Origin: Takakia lepidozioides
Lineage: Eukaryota; Plantae; Bryophyta
Direction of reading: 5' to 3'
Length of the DNA stretch: 64,000 nucleotides
Assembly: GCA_030704615.1 (NCBI GenBank)
Contig: CM060732.1
Span: 40,486,001-40,550,000 of the forward strand
The position numbers and the translations under genes were made by a program. Below are positions 1-13,501 of the stretch, piece after piece. A model generated the notes under the pieces. It saw only the letters and a program-made list of their open reading frames with translations, made no database searches and was not told where the DNA came from. The stretch's first letter is position 1. The number at the start of each line of letters is the position of its first letter.

Positions 1-2797
1 CACCACAACATGGAGAGCTGTAGAGCCCTGAATAGGTGGCTGAATACATGCAGTCATTCTGTATATTCATTAGTACGTATGACTCGAGGTTAAATCATCA
101 TAGATTGCGTATGGATGAGTTATCTCATTTCCGATTTAAATCGATTATCATGATGTTTAGCCTTGGTGGCAGATACAACTGATGTCCTTTATCCATGTAG
201 TACTCCCAGCTTCTTGGCAATGCCGGAGTTCATGTTCATCCAGGTGTAGGATGCTAGTGAAGTCAATGACTGAATTTAACTTTAATGCTCAGAATGGTGA
301 TATCTGGGGATTTAATATTTGAAGAAGTTGGATGTCAATTTGCTGTTCAGTTGGGCTAGAGAAGTATGATTTTCGAGTTCATGTACATACACTTCCTCTC
401 TTGCTGGGCATTAAACCTTCCTTTCTTCTCTTTGTGGGTGGTTTTATATTTATTCCTTGGCCCCTTTGGCCTGGACACAAATATTGGTCATCCGCAATCA
501 TCTCCTGGTGTAGGTAATTTTAGCCTCTGTGATGTATTCTACTGCTGTCATAACCAATGTTAGCAGGCAATATCGATCACTCCGAAGCAGGTGGATGGTT
601 CTTGGTATGAAATAAAGCATTTAGCAGGTGTAGTCATGCTTCCCCAAGATGATTGTTGTCCAAAACTTCAGTTGTAAGTTTGCACTGAAGTTTTTTTCTG
701 ACCCTTTGTATTTGATGGTGGTCTGCAAGGTATTTGTATATTCCTCTTGGGGGAGCGAAGTGGAGGTTGGTCAATGTGTGGTTAATCTTCACATTTGTGG
801 CACTTTGGCATGATATTGAGTGGTAAGCTATGATCTTAAGCACTTTGTTGGGTGGGGGAGGGAGAGTGTGTGTGTCCGAAAACCCCATTGACGATGAAGT
901 GCCTCATGCAAATAAGCTGCTAAGCACTCATGGCCCTCAAGGCCACTGCCAACAACAGACAATCCCTTCAAGTATTTCCTGCTGATCTCATACCATCCAC
1001 AACCAAAGAAAAATGATGTCCTGTCTCCACTTCTTGGACTAATCGCAGCCTCTTTAGTGGTTGTGCCAACAGGGGTGTCTAGCAATTCAGCTTTGTATGC
1101 TTCTCATTTGTGACCATAATGTACATCCAGACCTCATTTTTGTGCAGGAAGCTTTTATCATGGGCGTGGGTGACATGTGTGCTTTGGGCTCCTGAGTTAC
1201 TGGCCAAGTCATTGATGAGCTCCCCTAGGGTTGGTTATTCAATCAAGTCTCCCATCTAGTTTATTTAGTTTTCTGTCTTTAATAGTCACACATTGCCAGT
1301 ACGACAGTGTCGGTACAGGAAGTCTATCTATATTTAACCTGGATTCACTATTTCTTCTACAAGATGTCCAGACCACCCAAGGAAGGGAAACCACTGGTGG
1401 ATGGGCTAAAAACACTCCGTGGCTTGTGTATGCCAGATGAGCAGTTTCAAGAAATCTCAAGCTTTCAGGGAATGCTGCGCAGTGGCGGGTTCACTGAACA
1501 TCACTGGCCTTATGGTGGGTGATTTGACACCATACATTCTTCGCATTGTGCAGTCGAATTGTTTTGTTATCAAGTTCACTCCTCTTCACTGCTTGATGAA
1601 TCCCAGCTGCTAGTTTAGTCAACTTCCCTAGACCCATCCAGTGTCTTTGTTGTAGCAGAAGGGCACCAAGAACATGTACTTGCTCCTTTCAGTTCATCTT
1701 CTTTAGGCCAGTTTGCTCCAGCCTAGCTGCCTAATACATCTTCATGCAAAGCGTGTAAGTGTTTTCAGTTTTAGTGGCAATGCAAAACAACTGAAAGCAA
1801 CTGTTTGTTTTCAGTTGACAGTGTCACAAAGTTTTTCCCTCCTTCAGTCTGTGAAGAAGTAAGGTGCTCACTTGGAATTGGCTGCATTTGCTGCAGATGG
1901 CAAACCTAGTGGGTTTTGTGGTGGGTCCGGCAGGCATACGCTTGCTAGCTTCCAGATTGATCTCCATCCAAAGTACTTTCACCCCACTCATCACTCCTTT
2001 ATGTGAAAAGTGGAGCATGCTGATTGTAGATCTCTGCGTCACTCCTCATGCCACATTTCCCCTTGCTCATGTAGGTGTAAGTTGAACTGCTCCACACACG
2101 AAATAGAAATGCATGGCACAGTCATGTCAGAGGTGGCATATGCTGTGAGCAAAAGGGGAGTCATGACAATGGCATTGTGGCTTTTCAGTGATTTCTGACA
2201 CTAATATCCGTTTCGTGGCAGGTATTCCCCTTCTATTGGACATTTTGTTAACTTTCTACGTTGGAACAAAGGTACATGCTCTTCTGCAAAGATGTAGGCA
2301 GAGACCCGTGTCCTTTCTCAAAGCTGAATTCTTAAAATTCTGCAACTGAAACTCAACCCCTCAAATTAGTTTCAATGTTTCTTGCCATGCCTACCAAGAC
2401 TTTGTTTCAATCCAAATGCTGCCTGTATGCCTGTCCTGGTACTAACAGCTATGACATTGCATTGCAGATTATGCTCGCCATACGCGAGCGTGCAGCTCAG
2501 CATGAGGATAGCAAGAAGCAATATATTGATAAGACACAAATTGACTGAAAATGGCACGGAGCAAGACTGATCTTGTTTCTCTAGGCGTACTTAGGTCCTT
2601 TTCAGAAGCAAAATTAAAGGAACAGCTTCATCGCATGGTCATTTCTATTATGGCAATTGCCTGAGTCCATGTTTGTGAGGATGGCGCCCACTGACTTGAT
2701 CCACTGTTGATTGAATGCCATCATGCTGCCCACACTCTACTCAGCAATGGAATAGTGGACGGGGTTGACATTTCAACAAAGCGTAAGTGTAGCCAAC

Positions 2798-4638
2798 TCA
2801 CTGAGGAAATATAGATGCAATATAGTGACCAAGACAACTGGAAGTTTTACTGAGATAGCCACAGCTTGTTTGAAGACACGGGAGTCCCTTCTGGTCTTCT
2901 AGACTGTTCTCCAAAACATACCAAGGAGGCAGCCTCGAGCTGACTAGTATTGGTACTGAGTCTATACTATCAGCCTTAAGTGTATGGTTATGCCCAGCCA
3001 GCTTGCCACTGGTGATAGAGCATATAGTCTGGAAGACATCGCCCATGACCGGCAGGTTAACCTTCTTCCCAAACCAAGCCTCTTCTAGCCATGGTGGTTG
3101 GCACCATCTCTGTCCTCGAGAGGTGCCGACCACAGAGCCTCTCTTAACTGGTAGAATTTTTCTGGGCCGTCCGCTTCATATATCATCCTCTCTTTGAGCT
3201 TGTGCTCCACATGCTGCATCAATGTTGAAAGCACTGCAGAAAGGCAACATCTCTGTGATAGGAGCGGGTGGGAATTGAAAGCCTCTGAAGCTAGGCAGCC
3301 ATGTTTCAGCATATTAGTTGTTGCTATTACCTTCAGGGGCACATCTTCAATCGGATCATATCTATCACTATGAATGCCACATCAACCTGGAGAGGTGCAA
3401 GAAGTAGTTCGAGGGTCACAGTTAGCGGGTATTGAACAGATATATGGCATCTTCCTTGTTTTAGCACATGGGAAGAAGATGATGCTTACAGTCGAACGTG
3501 ACTAGACAACTCCTGCATTTCCACTGAATTACAGTGCTGCTCTTAAGGTCTCCCTCACGCATCAACATCAAGTTGTCGTGGTGGAAGCTACGAACACCAT
3601 GGCGGTATCCGGCTGTCAATTTGCGGTATCCTCGTGCAAAGTCGTCGACCCGATGCTCCACACTGTGGGTGAAGGTGGCCAGCAGTAGAAGTCAATGGTG
3701 TGCTTGTTGCGTGCTAACCTGTTTTTCTGTGAGCAGAGAATTGTATGTACGTGTGTGTGCATTGAACCTGTTGATCTAAGTATGTGTAATCATGAAGCTG
3801 GCGCTTTCTCTTTGTGGGAGAATTGGTGACGAAGCTTCCACAGCAATAGAATTTTGGGCTTTCAAGGAACTTGTGATATCCGGGATATCTGATCTTATTA
3901 AGCTTTTGCATCATGCATATAGATCCAGTGACTTTACTACTCGCTGAATGTAAGACTTTTGAGCTAGTGCTCAATATATGCGTTAGATGGGGCAGAAGTC
4001 AGGTTCAAAGTTGCGTCTATGCATCACTCTATCCACATGTATGAACGTCTTACTTGGCGAAATCAAAACAACCGATGGGAGAGAAGACATCCTCAGTCTG
4101 CACACCGCCTGCGTTCTCAAAGTGCTTCGTAAGTACTTCCACGATGTCCTTCTGTGGAACGGAGCATCGTTTCTTCGTGGCTTCGATCTATATGCACAAT
4201 ACGATCACAATCCAATCCCGCTCCATCCGTAACTCCCTCCCAATTCCGCAGCTACTTCAGAAGGTTTGCAGCATTCAGCATCTTCGAAAACTGTGGATTT
4301 TAGATTTCTTCCTTTTTCTAGAGACATTCAACCTAGAGCGCAGCTTGAGTTAGAGCAAATCTTACGTGCATTGCAAAAGCTGATGCGGACTTGAAGACAC
4401 TACCACATTCACACGTAGTGTAATCCTTGTGCTTCTCGTCAAAATGCTGTCTCATCTTCTCGCGGTTGGTGAATGAGTCCTTGCACGAACGGCACCTGAT
4501 ATGGTGCACTTCGTAGAAATGCTGCATGCAGCTCTGCTCATCAGTGAGCTGGAAGGTGGTATCTTTGCACTCCTTGCACTTCACGCTGTAGCACTCTTTC
4601 ACCTTGTCTAATTCCATGGTGCTGGATGATTCTAACAC
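2798..4638 (-). pseudogene. Degenerate multi-C2H2 zinc-finger gene
   Basis: ORF 4333-4638 carries CKEC..H...H, CRSC..F..REKMRQHFDEKH and CECGSVFKSASAFAMH followed by a GTAAG donor. Further broken fingers lie downstream on the same strand (WKCRSCLVTFDCKHHLL at ~3470-3530; CLQTSCGYLSKTSSCLGH at ~2825-2880). The intervening frames contain stops. The extent is uncertain. Confidence 0.55.
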
Positions 4639-5550
4639 CGCTCGAACTCTCCAGGAACTCTATGCACGAATCCCTTTCCCACCTCCTCGCCTTAAGTAGC
4701 AAAGCCATAATTTGTAAAATGCACTCATCAAACGGCCTCGACTCTCCCCCCCACACTCTCCCACTTCGTAGTCTGAGAGATCAGACAACCAGAGTGTCAT
4801 AACAGTCAAAGATACCAGGAGATGCTGAACCAATTCGGGCCCCCAAAAACCGAGAAACGGCCGAAAACGGTCACACGGTTGAGGAATCCGAGAGACAAAA
4901 GCACATACCCGCTTGCCTCGTCATCTCTTGTGTGCATCGAAAGTCTTCCAGGTTGCAAGACTCCCTACAAGTTTCCATAGCTGCTCATCAGCGTGCAGAG
5001 TGATCCAGAGTGATGGGTATATCTTCTCTAATGCGTATCGGTCCTTCCACTTGGAGGCATTGTAGTATGTACAGGCCTGTGCATTACAGATCCGTCGTCC
5101 TACTACTGCCAACATTACAAAGAGCCCTAGTGCTTATACTGAATTGAATAGAACATGCAAGTGCAACTAGAAATGCAATGAAATGAAAGGGTACTTTATA
5201 ACGTCCGCGGAAGCTCAAAGATCTTATGAGGGGCCACAAACAGCCCAAAAGCAACTAACCAAAAGCTCAATGGATTGCCTAAGACTGAACAAGTAGGCTG
5301 CGAGAGATTGGTTTCCTGGAATACACAGTTGAATCTCCCACGTATCTCATAACATGAAAGATTCATTACTTACCCAGTGCAACCCACTGCTCAGTCTCTA
5401 AGTTATCTGCAGTCTCTGCTTGAAACCCATTGGTGAAACTGAGGTGTGCAACAAAATAATTTGGACCGTTTCTCATCCTTGCGCACGGTCCATGCTAATC
5501 TTATGGATCCAATTTTATAATATGTTTCCCAAGAAAAAAAGACTGTTGGA

Positions 5551-5745
5551 TACCTTGGCAACTTCGACACAAATTTTAATATTTCAAAGATTGTTGAAAT
5601 TTTAGGAAATTGATTTTGTGAAATTAAGGAACTTTGTGAATGATAATAAAGCATATTTAGGAATATTCCATATGTTGAAATGAAATTCTCAAAATAAAAT
5701 AAATATTTGACATATGATTGTTGATCTTGCCAAGGTACTACGGTA
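5551..5745. mobile_element. MITE family A copy, left TIR truncated
   Basis: Nearly colinear with 47211-47412. Ends in TTGCCAAGGTACTACGG+TA and begins TACCTTGGCAA. Confidence 0.8.
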
Positions 5746-6085
5746 TACGTTCTCAGTATATGAATCACAGAATTCTGCGTTCCGGTCATCCCCCTTTGCT
5801 ATGCAAAGTGAGTCTACGTTCTTCGTGGTATCCATCACGGCTTGCCGTGCATTAGAGCCCTATGGCGGCCTTGTGCCCCTAAGGGTTTTAATTTTCTTCC
5901 TTCAAATAATCTTTTTAGGGCAGGACCCTGTCCCCGTTCTAAAAAAATAAGAAGAGATTGTTGTTGCGTTCGATACTTATCCGTGCTGCCTAACTTACGT
6001 GTAAACGATATGGGATAACTCCAACATTGTCACCAAAAACCCACCTATACAACCCAAAACTCAAGGGGTTTTTATTAGTTAACCC

Positions 6086-6929
6086 TTAACTTCGCCCCAT
6101 GGAGGTTATTTTTTCCTCCATCTGTTTTTTGAATAAAGTTTTTCCAGGGCCACTTTCCCCTGTTCCTAAAAAAAAAACAAAAAAAAACTTCCTAACGCGA
6201 CCTGTTACAGGTCGATGTGTCTGGAGGACCATCCTAACTTTTGCAGATGAATTTTTTTCATCCATTCCTTCTAGCATTTATTGCGCATGAGGTGGCCTAC
6301 CTGCTCCAAATGGCATGTAGAGGACCTCTAGTTCTAAAGGGAGGGGTCAGAAAACAATGGGTGGAGGAGATTTGACTAGACACGTGGGGCCCCCTCATTG
6401 GGCCACCCAAGTCTTGCAATGTGAATTTTGATTTTCTCCGTTAGATCATATTGAAAATTTGCCTATTGCTTCAAGCTGTTGTAACACGGCCTCTCACCAG
6501 AGGGATTTTCTTTATTTTGGTTTTGGGGACGACATGTTTTGGAGGGAAGCTTCAAGTTTGTATGTGTTTGGTAGGGATGGACATGTCAACCCGCACCAAA
6601 ACACATACCAAGCAACATATGCAAGAAAATGTTGGTTTGATGTGAAAGTTTGTAATGTACATTATGAAAATTTGGGGTAGCCCTTTTGGAAAATTCTCAA
6701 AGCCCCTCAACAAGCTTGGTCATAGCAAATAAAGGTTTCTTTCAAAGGAGAAATTATAAAAAACTTTCCCAGAAAAACAATATAATCTCTCAAACCCAAT
6801 GGTGTAGATTCCTGAAATTTGGGTAGATGGTGTAGAGGCCAAGTAGGTATGTATATGTACATGCGGTTCATTTTTGTGGATGAATGCTGGTAGGTGGGTA
6901 GCCTCTGATTAGTTCCAAGGGGTAGTTAA
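6086..6929. mobile_element. Non-autonomous interspersed repeat (family B), possible TIR element
   Basis: 6420-6925 aligns by eye with 51622-52440. Imperfect terminal inversion: TTAACTTCGCCCCATGGA versus reverse complement TTAACTACCCCTTGGA. Confidence 0.6.
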
Positions 6930-7643
6930 GTGACTCTTCCAATGCTATGGAACCGGCTGGTATTGAAAATTAATTTCTTCTCAATACCAAGACCCGGCTG
7001 GTATTAGAAAGCTGGTATTAGAAAGTAATACCCGCCCACCGCGTCTATTGGACCTCCTTCAGATATGTATGTGTGGGGTGTCAAAATACCGCAAAACCAT
7101 GAGCAAATTGCTTATGACATTTTCTTGCAATAAATAACAGCAAAGCCGTGGCCACAGTATGAACCAATTCATGAGGTGCCCAAGGAGTGTCAGAGAGTTG
7201 ATCTGCAAAGAATTATCAGCAACCATGAGATTATCCAAGGTGTTGGTTACCACAAGCAAGAAATAGGCGTGTCGATATTTAAGGAAGACTCCCACAAAAC
7301 AGTCAATGCTGTAGGAAAGGTTGACTTCCCTGATTTACACACTATAGTCGGAGACTAGAGGAATATGAACAGAGGATTTGAGAGAGGTGATGCCTTAATG
7401 AAGAATTTGTGGCCTCCATAGCCCCACATTCAAGAGCTCCATGACGCATTTGATCGAAGAGTTTGAAGGGCCTGTCGATACCGGCCTCAAAAGTTAAACT
7501 GCAACCTACTGTGACACTGAGTGAAAATTGTTCGTTGTCTGCCTCATGGAGCTGCACGTTACTCAAGTTGGGCCAAACACGGGACTCTCTGAGGCAGATA
7601 TGAAGAAAATGTACTGGAAAAAATGCCTCTTCAATGCGGGAGC

Positions 7644-10600
7644 CTAAACAACACCAGGAACATGCGCAGCCCTGTCCAAAATTTTCTGGAGGGCCCTATT
7701 TGCTTGCTCTAAGGTCTCAACAGCATGGGTTTCCTCAAATGAAACACGCTGCACGTTGAACTGCAGCCATCCAAACCCCACAAGCTCAGTTTGGACACCC
7801 TTCGAAGTTTATTGCAACAACAGGAAAGACTGAATGGGAGACACTAGGAGACCCCAGTGAGAGACTAGATTTATGCTGGCAACATTTAGGAGACACCCCC
7901 TAAAACAACCAACCCTTTAACCACATACAAATGTGTAAATACCTGAGCACCCTGGCGCACACGAATGTCGACACCCTTACTGTCTATGGAGATAAGGGCA
8001 GCATCATCAACCTCTACCTCTGTTGACAACAGCTCTCTGATCGGCCTCGAAAACCGAGTGTTCAGCTCCTACAGGTATCAACCATGAAGAGAAAGCTGGC
8101 TATCAGCAGATGGTTCAACAAGGTAATGGTATAGACAGGGGCATAGAGCATCATATCCCCTAAAGTGACAGACTTTCATTCCCGGAGAAGCTGTTCAAAT
8201 TCAGGCACTCACGTATTCCTCTCAACATTCCCTTCCTGATCGGTGACAATATCAGTCAACATCAGTCATCCTTGACAGAGAAGTTGTTCAACATGATGCA
8301 CCACACATCCCTATTTCAATTAGCTTGGCCTGGCTGAATCTACCACCACCCAATACTATGGCTCTGCGATGGATTAGTGACTTGACAACTGGATGTGTGA
8401 GGCTTTATCAGAGCCCAACAACCAGGGAGAGCAGACAAGGAGGGGGAGAAAAGAGACCTGCAAAGTTTGCTCGGCGCCATTGGCAGCTATGATATCAGGG
8501 TGCGATCTCTCATACTCTTTCACGTCCACCCATGCCACAGTTCCAAAACCCCCTACAAAGTAGATGTCGCTGCTTTACCCACGGAAGAAACCATATATAG
8601 ATCAGCGTCATTTGCCTACTCTAAAAAATACCCATCCTGAAGTCGAAGTAATGGTCAACGTGTTTGTCACTTTGCATTTCAAAAGATTTATCGAATTAGT
8701 GTCATAATGAAATTCGATTGAACTCTTTGTCTCAAGATCAGTGTATCTCCCATGTCAAAGCAGATATTGGTTAGTGGCAGTTATTGGGGGAGGGTTGTAT
8801 TAAGTTAAAAATCTTAAGATCATACTGATTAATGAGCATTCATATCACTCACACAAAACAAAATCTAATGAGTACCAAGAAAAACACTAGGGCCAGAGAG
8901 GGAGACCTAATGTTCTCCATGCGATAAAAAGTGAAGTTGCCCCATTGATGGGATGCTGCCTGCTGATGCTTTGCAATGTAGTGCTTGTGTGCACGCTCCT
9001 GCAAACAGACGGACAACATCAATTCAAAAATTTCAGTTGGTGTGTTGCAAGCCCACCTACATAGCTCTAATTCATGGCAAAGAGATAGATCACCAAGTTG
9101 ACCCATCCTGTGAACCAGAGCTAGATCATAATATCAAACTCTTCAGATACAGCAGAAAATCCAAAAATGAAATTATCTGGTTACAAAGATTTTGGCATAT
9201 GACTGCAGGGATAAACATCAGAAGAGCAAAGGAGATTTGAAATCACTTGCTGCTCAGCAGGAAGAGGATAAACATCCCCAAAAATTGTGACCCTGGCATT
9301 TGCTAGCCCACTCCATCCTGGTATCTGTAATCACCCAAAATCACACAGAATGTTTTCCTGGTATAATTGTGCGGCCACATAGTCAATGAGTCAACAAACC
9401 ATGGATGTGCTTACAAAGAACCCACTACGCACACAGGGCTAGCAACACCAGCATTACTTAAATGCTATGTGGAAGAGATCAGTGATACATTCACTAGTAC
9501 GTGTGTCCACGGACACAGGCCTGAATGAAGTAAGGTAGAGATATATGTCATATTCAAAGCACTTCAGCAAAATGCATCTAGAGGGAGCAAACCCTTGGAT
9601 GCCCAATAGCATACAAACTTAGGTGGACTAGACACTTGTAGAAGAGGGATGACTGAGCCTACCTGAACAACCAGAGTGCACCGTGGATCCGCCAGCAGAT
9701 TTCTTGTGTGGATTGCTAATGGTGATAACGAAAAAAGAGGATCTACACACATGCCAAAGAGCCCAGCAGTTTTCAATGTGATGTGTGCAAACTTCATCAT
9801 ATAACAGTACTAACAAGCTGAAATCAATACTCTAGGTGTTCTCAGAATAATGCCAGATTTCTTGTTTATTTGGAAAGTGTCGGACTCTCAAGACATTAAA
9901 ACATAGAAATTGCTCCACTCTGATTACTACTAGAGTTCTTGTTTATTAGAAAAGAGTCGGACTCTCAAGACATCAGCACATAGAAATTGCTCCACAATCA
10001 GAAAATGATTCCTCCACGGAGGCCCCAACAAGGAGCCCTCATGAGACACCTAGTCCCTATGTAAATATTAAACGTGTGAGATTTGTGTAGTAACCACCAG
10101 CTACATCTCATGTTGTACAGCTCCATCTACAATCACGCTTCAGGGTGGCAAATAGCATGTAAACTATTTTCACAGATTATCCTGGAGGTGGAAAAGGGAG
10201 CACATGCAAGACAAATACAGGTCATGTGACTTAACTGACAGACATATCCCATAATCCACTTACACTAACTTTTCCTGGAGATTAAAGTGCCTTGCAACAC
10301 CTAATCCTAAACTAAAGGAATAACTGTGTCAAAGCCTCTGGTAACAATAAATCCCTCTCTACCAACATTCAAGAAGTGTAACCTTACGTCCTGAATTGTC
10401 AGTGGCAAAGTCTACCAGTGAACCAAACGGGTATCCTCGACGGCGATGATGCATGCGAGACATAATGGTGCAGAGATGCGCATATCGGGCCTACATTTGC
10501 ATTCAATATTCCACAACCCATGTAAGACAAAGCTTGTCCTAGGTGGCACATAGCAGGGAATAGATTTTGACCTAAAAAACCAGCTTGAAATCCAGCCATT

Positions 10601-12082
10601 ACCATTCAAGAACAGGTTGGCATTGGAAGCGACCCCTGACAAAGGTCCCATTGCCCATGGTCCTACAACCCCACTACCCCTCAAAAACCTTTGTCCCTCT
10701 CTCTCCTTCCAGTCCACTACATTTCCTTTCCACTTGCGTTCTTGAAGTAAACACCTGCTCAATCAGGTTGCGTACAGCAATGGCTGGATCAGGAAGCCCA
10801 TGGGATGATGTGGCACTTTGAACACCCCCAGATATTGGTGTGCGGAAGAGTCCAGCACGATTGGAATTTGCTCCACTTGCTGCTATTGCTCCACTTGCAG
10901 TCACACCTCCCTTGCTCATACTTGCCAAATTGCTTTCATAAGGCCTTGCAACCTTTGTCTGCACTCCCAACAGCCAAATATTAGAGCTCATCTCCACCAC
11001 TCCCTCTTCTCTCTCATGCACTGGATCAACCTGAACTGGGCACGGGGTCTATGGCCACAAGGCAAAAAACTTCTTATGAATGCATCCTCTCACGCACTGC
11101 CTGTCTTAGTTCCGGTCACTACATGTAGCTGACTGTGCGATGACAGGCAATTAATCACATCCGTACTCTCAAGAGATCTAAATTCTGTATTTGCCACTTT
11201 CTCTTTACCATGTGAACCACAGCCACAGTCAGACCCATGTCAGATAGAGCCTGTATTCACAGTGTTGAATCCCAGCCCTTAAAACACCCATTTCTGTCCT
11301 CGAGCAAGTGGCATACTTTGGCCACTTTGGGATTTGCTTCAAAACTCGAAGACTGTATTTAATATCCAATCAGTACATTCCTCTGCACAGAGAATTGACT
11401 ATCACTTTCCATCACTGTCTCCTCCCTGCCCTAAACTCTCTAAACTTGTCCAGGTCATGAACTTCAATACAATGAGGATTGGAACAACCTGCCCTGAAGT
11501 TTGGGGAGAAAAGACCACCCCATTCTTCTCACTACTAGTCTTGGGAGGTGCCACACCGTCGTCAGCTCCTGACCCAGCTCCTTCTTCCTTCAATGCTGCC
11601 CTTGGGAATTGAATGGTGCCTTTTGAGTTATCCCATCCATGTCTGCTCTTCAACACATCTCTCACACTGCAAGTATGATTGTTACGTCAGTCTGTTTGAT
11701 CGTAACATGACAGAACCGTAATACAGACAAACCTACAACCACTGGTGATGAAAATTGAAAGCCCTGTTTCATGTACGAATTCTAGGAAATTCATTTGGAA
11801 ATTACCAAACCATCGTGAAGGGATGAACTCACACCTAAACCCCCATTCCAGTGAAAACTGAGACCCTACTTTGTCGTAGCGTATCTCGTTTATCTGCAAG
11901 CGAAAACAGGACAAAATGCATTCGGCCCACCTGCAAAAGCTGATCGTCTTCAAATCCTCGAGCCTATGACACGAAAACCCCCGAACAAAAGAGTGCACTG
12001 CTGGGGTGAACAGAGGCTGTCCGTTGGGTGTTGCAATGGAGAGAGTGCCCAGGGTGGAGCTCCAATTCACGTCCATTTGCAT
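7644..12082 (-). CDS. Pyridoxamine 5'-phosphate oxidase-like / HugZ-like FMN- or heme-binding split-barrel protein, probably plastid-targeted (At1g51560/At3g21140-type), 10 exons
   Basis: Exons 12082-11931, 11666-11489, 11030-10755, 10490-10388, 9742-9663, 9324-9247, 8998-8907, 8569-8458, 8068-7943 and 7760-7644, all GT-AG and in frame. Motifs: RAGLFRTPISGGVQSAT, ARYAHLCTIMSRMHHRRRGYPFGSLVDFA, SPLAIHTRNLLADPRCTLVVQIPGWSGLANARVTIFGD, DIYFVGGFGTVAWVDVKEY, IDSKGVDIRVRQGAQFNVQR. Exons 1-2 (transit-peptide region) are less certain. Confidence 0.9.
9859..9995. repeat. Intronic direct duplication of a ~60 bp unit
   Basis: TTCTTGTTTATT..GAAAG.GTCGGACTCTCAAGACAT.A..ACATAGAAATTGCTCCAC at 9859-9918 and 9936-9995. 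Confidence 0.85.
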
Positions 12083-13501
12083 TATCCACGGCCGTGCCCT
12101 GTTTGTCTCTCACATCCAAACAGTATCTGGATCCTATTCTTGCAAACTACAACGATCAACCAAATCACCCATCAAAGCGAGCAGGGTACTCTATCCAAAC
12201 AGGTCTTCAATTCTTGGACCCAATATTCTACAAACAATCCAATGCTGAAGTCAATGGCCTAACGGCGCACGAAGGCTAAAACCCTTGTTAAACACTTGAG
12301 AGGGAAGGCAGAGGCGACGCCGTCAAACAGGCATTACAGAATTCAACGCTGACCTAGGAATCTTTCTAGAATGTCCTAATACCGTACGATTAGGGTTAAG
12401 GTCTATACGTTCTCCTTGAAATGCTTCTGTACTCGAACACAGAAGTTCAGATTCCACAATTTCCAGAAGTACCAATCTCTGGATGACGACGAACTTCTGG
12501 GCCACCGACCCATTTCACGTCAACGTCGTCGCATTCAAAGGTGTTTCAATCTCGATTTCCCAGTACCCACACCCCAAGAGGCGGCAGATGTTGTACAGGC
12601 GGCTTTTGAATCTTTCGTGACAAAAACTTCTCATCTCAAGGGCACCAGCTGGCCGCCTCATATGCAAGACAGCCATTGCAGATTCTGGGAGTGTAACATA
12701 AAGGAGCACACAATGCTCGTGCAGGGTGAATGGAGCACACGCAATGCACACGAATTCCAAGAATACGCACCGTGCATGCAGTCTTGTAATCAACTTTTTC
12801 ACCACATGAAATTTGACGTCTGGTTGAACTTGTCGTAGTACAACTTTAGTATACTGCATCTCGTGAACATTCTAGTACATTCTAGTCATGAGTGACAGAG
12901 CGGAACTAATCTAGACTAGATTCCTTGGTCACCTTGCTTGCTAATTGCAATGTGAGGTTTTCTGCAGATCTGAACAGAATGAGTGACCATAATTGCAGAG
13001 CAGGTTTTGCTGCCAACATGAAGTTTATAAGGTTTACGCAGCTCAATGAAGTTCCATGTGAGCAAAAGATTGCAGGCGTGAGCAGAATTCGTATAACGCG
13101 GTCGACGAAGCCATAGGTTGCATGGATGCAATCCACCCTCCTCGCACAGCTTGCTTGTGGTCGTTTAGACTGGAAGCTTCATTCCAATTGGTGGTTCTTA
13201 AGAGTTGCACGAGTCCATAGATTTGTAAAAATCTCTGACCGCAAGTCATTCATGAGACATTGAGCAGTAGTTGTCGGCTCAAAGTGCAAGTGAGCTAGTA
13301 ACACCAGAGCGGATTTACAGACTATAACATGCTCGGCACAGTTCAGTTACGGTTCTCAATTTATGTACATCTAGACCAGATTACACAAAGGGTAACATCC
13401 CTGGGGACACAGGGAGGGGCAGCAGCAATTAGCAAGGAGCAACTCCCTGTAAGTTAGTAAGCAGATAGATGCTCCTGTTCACAACAACAACATTTTGCAC
13501 C

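Noticed and set aside
332-2570. Many 60-85 aa ORFs
   Set aside because: No recognisable domains or coherent exon structure.
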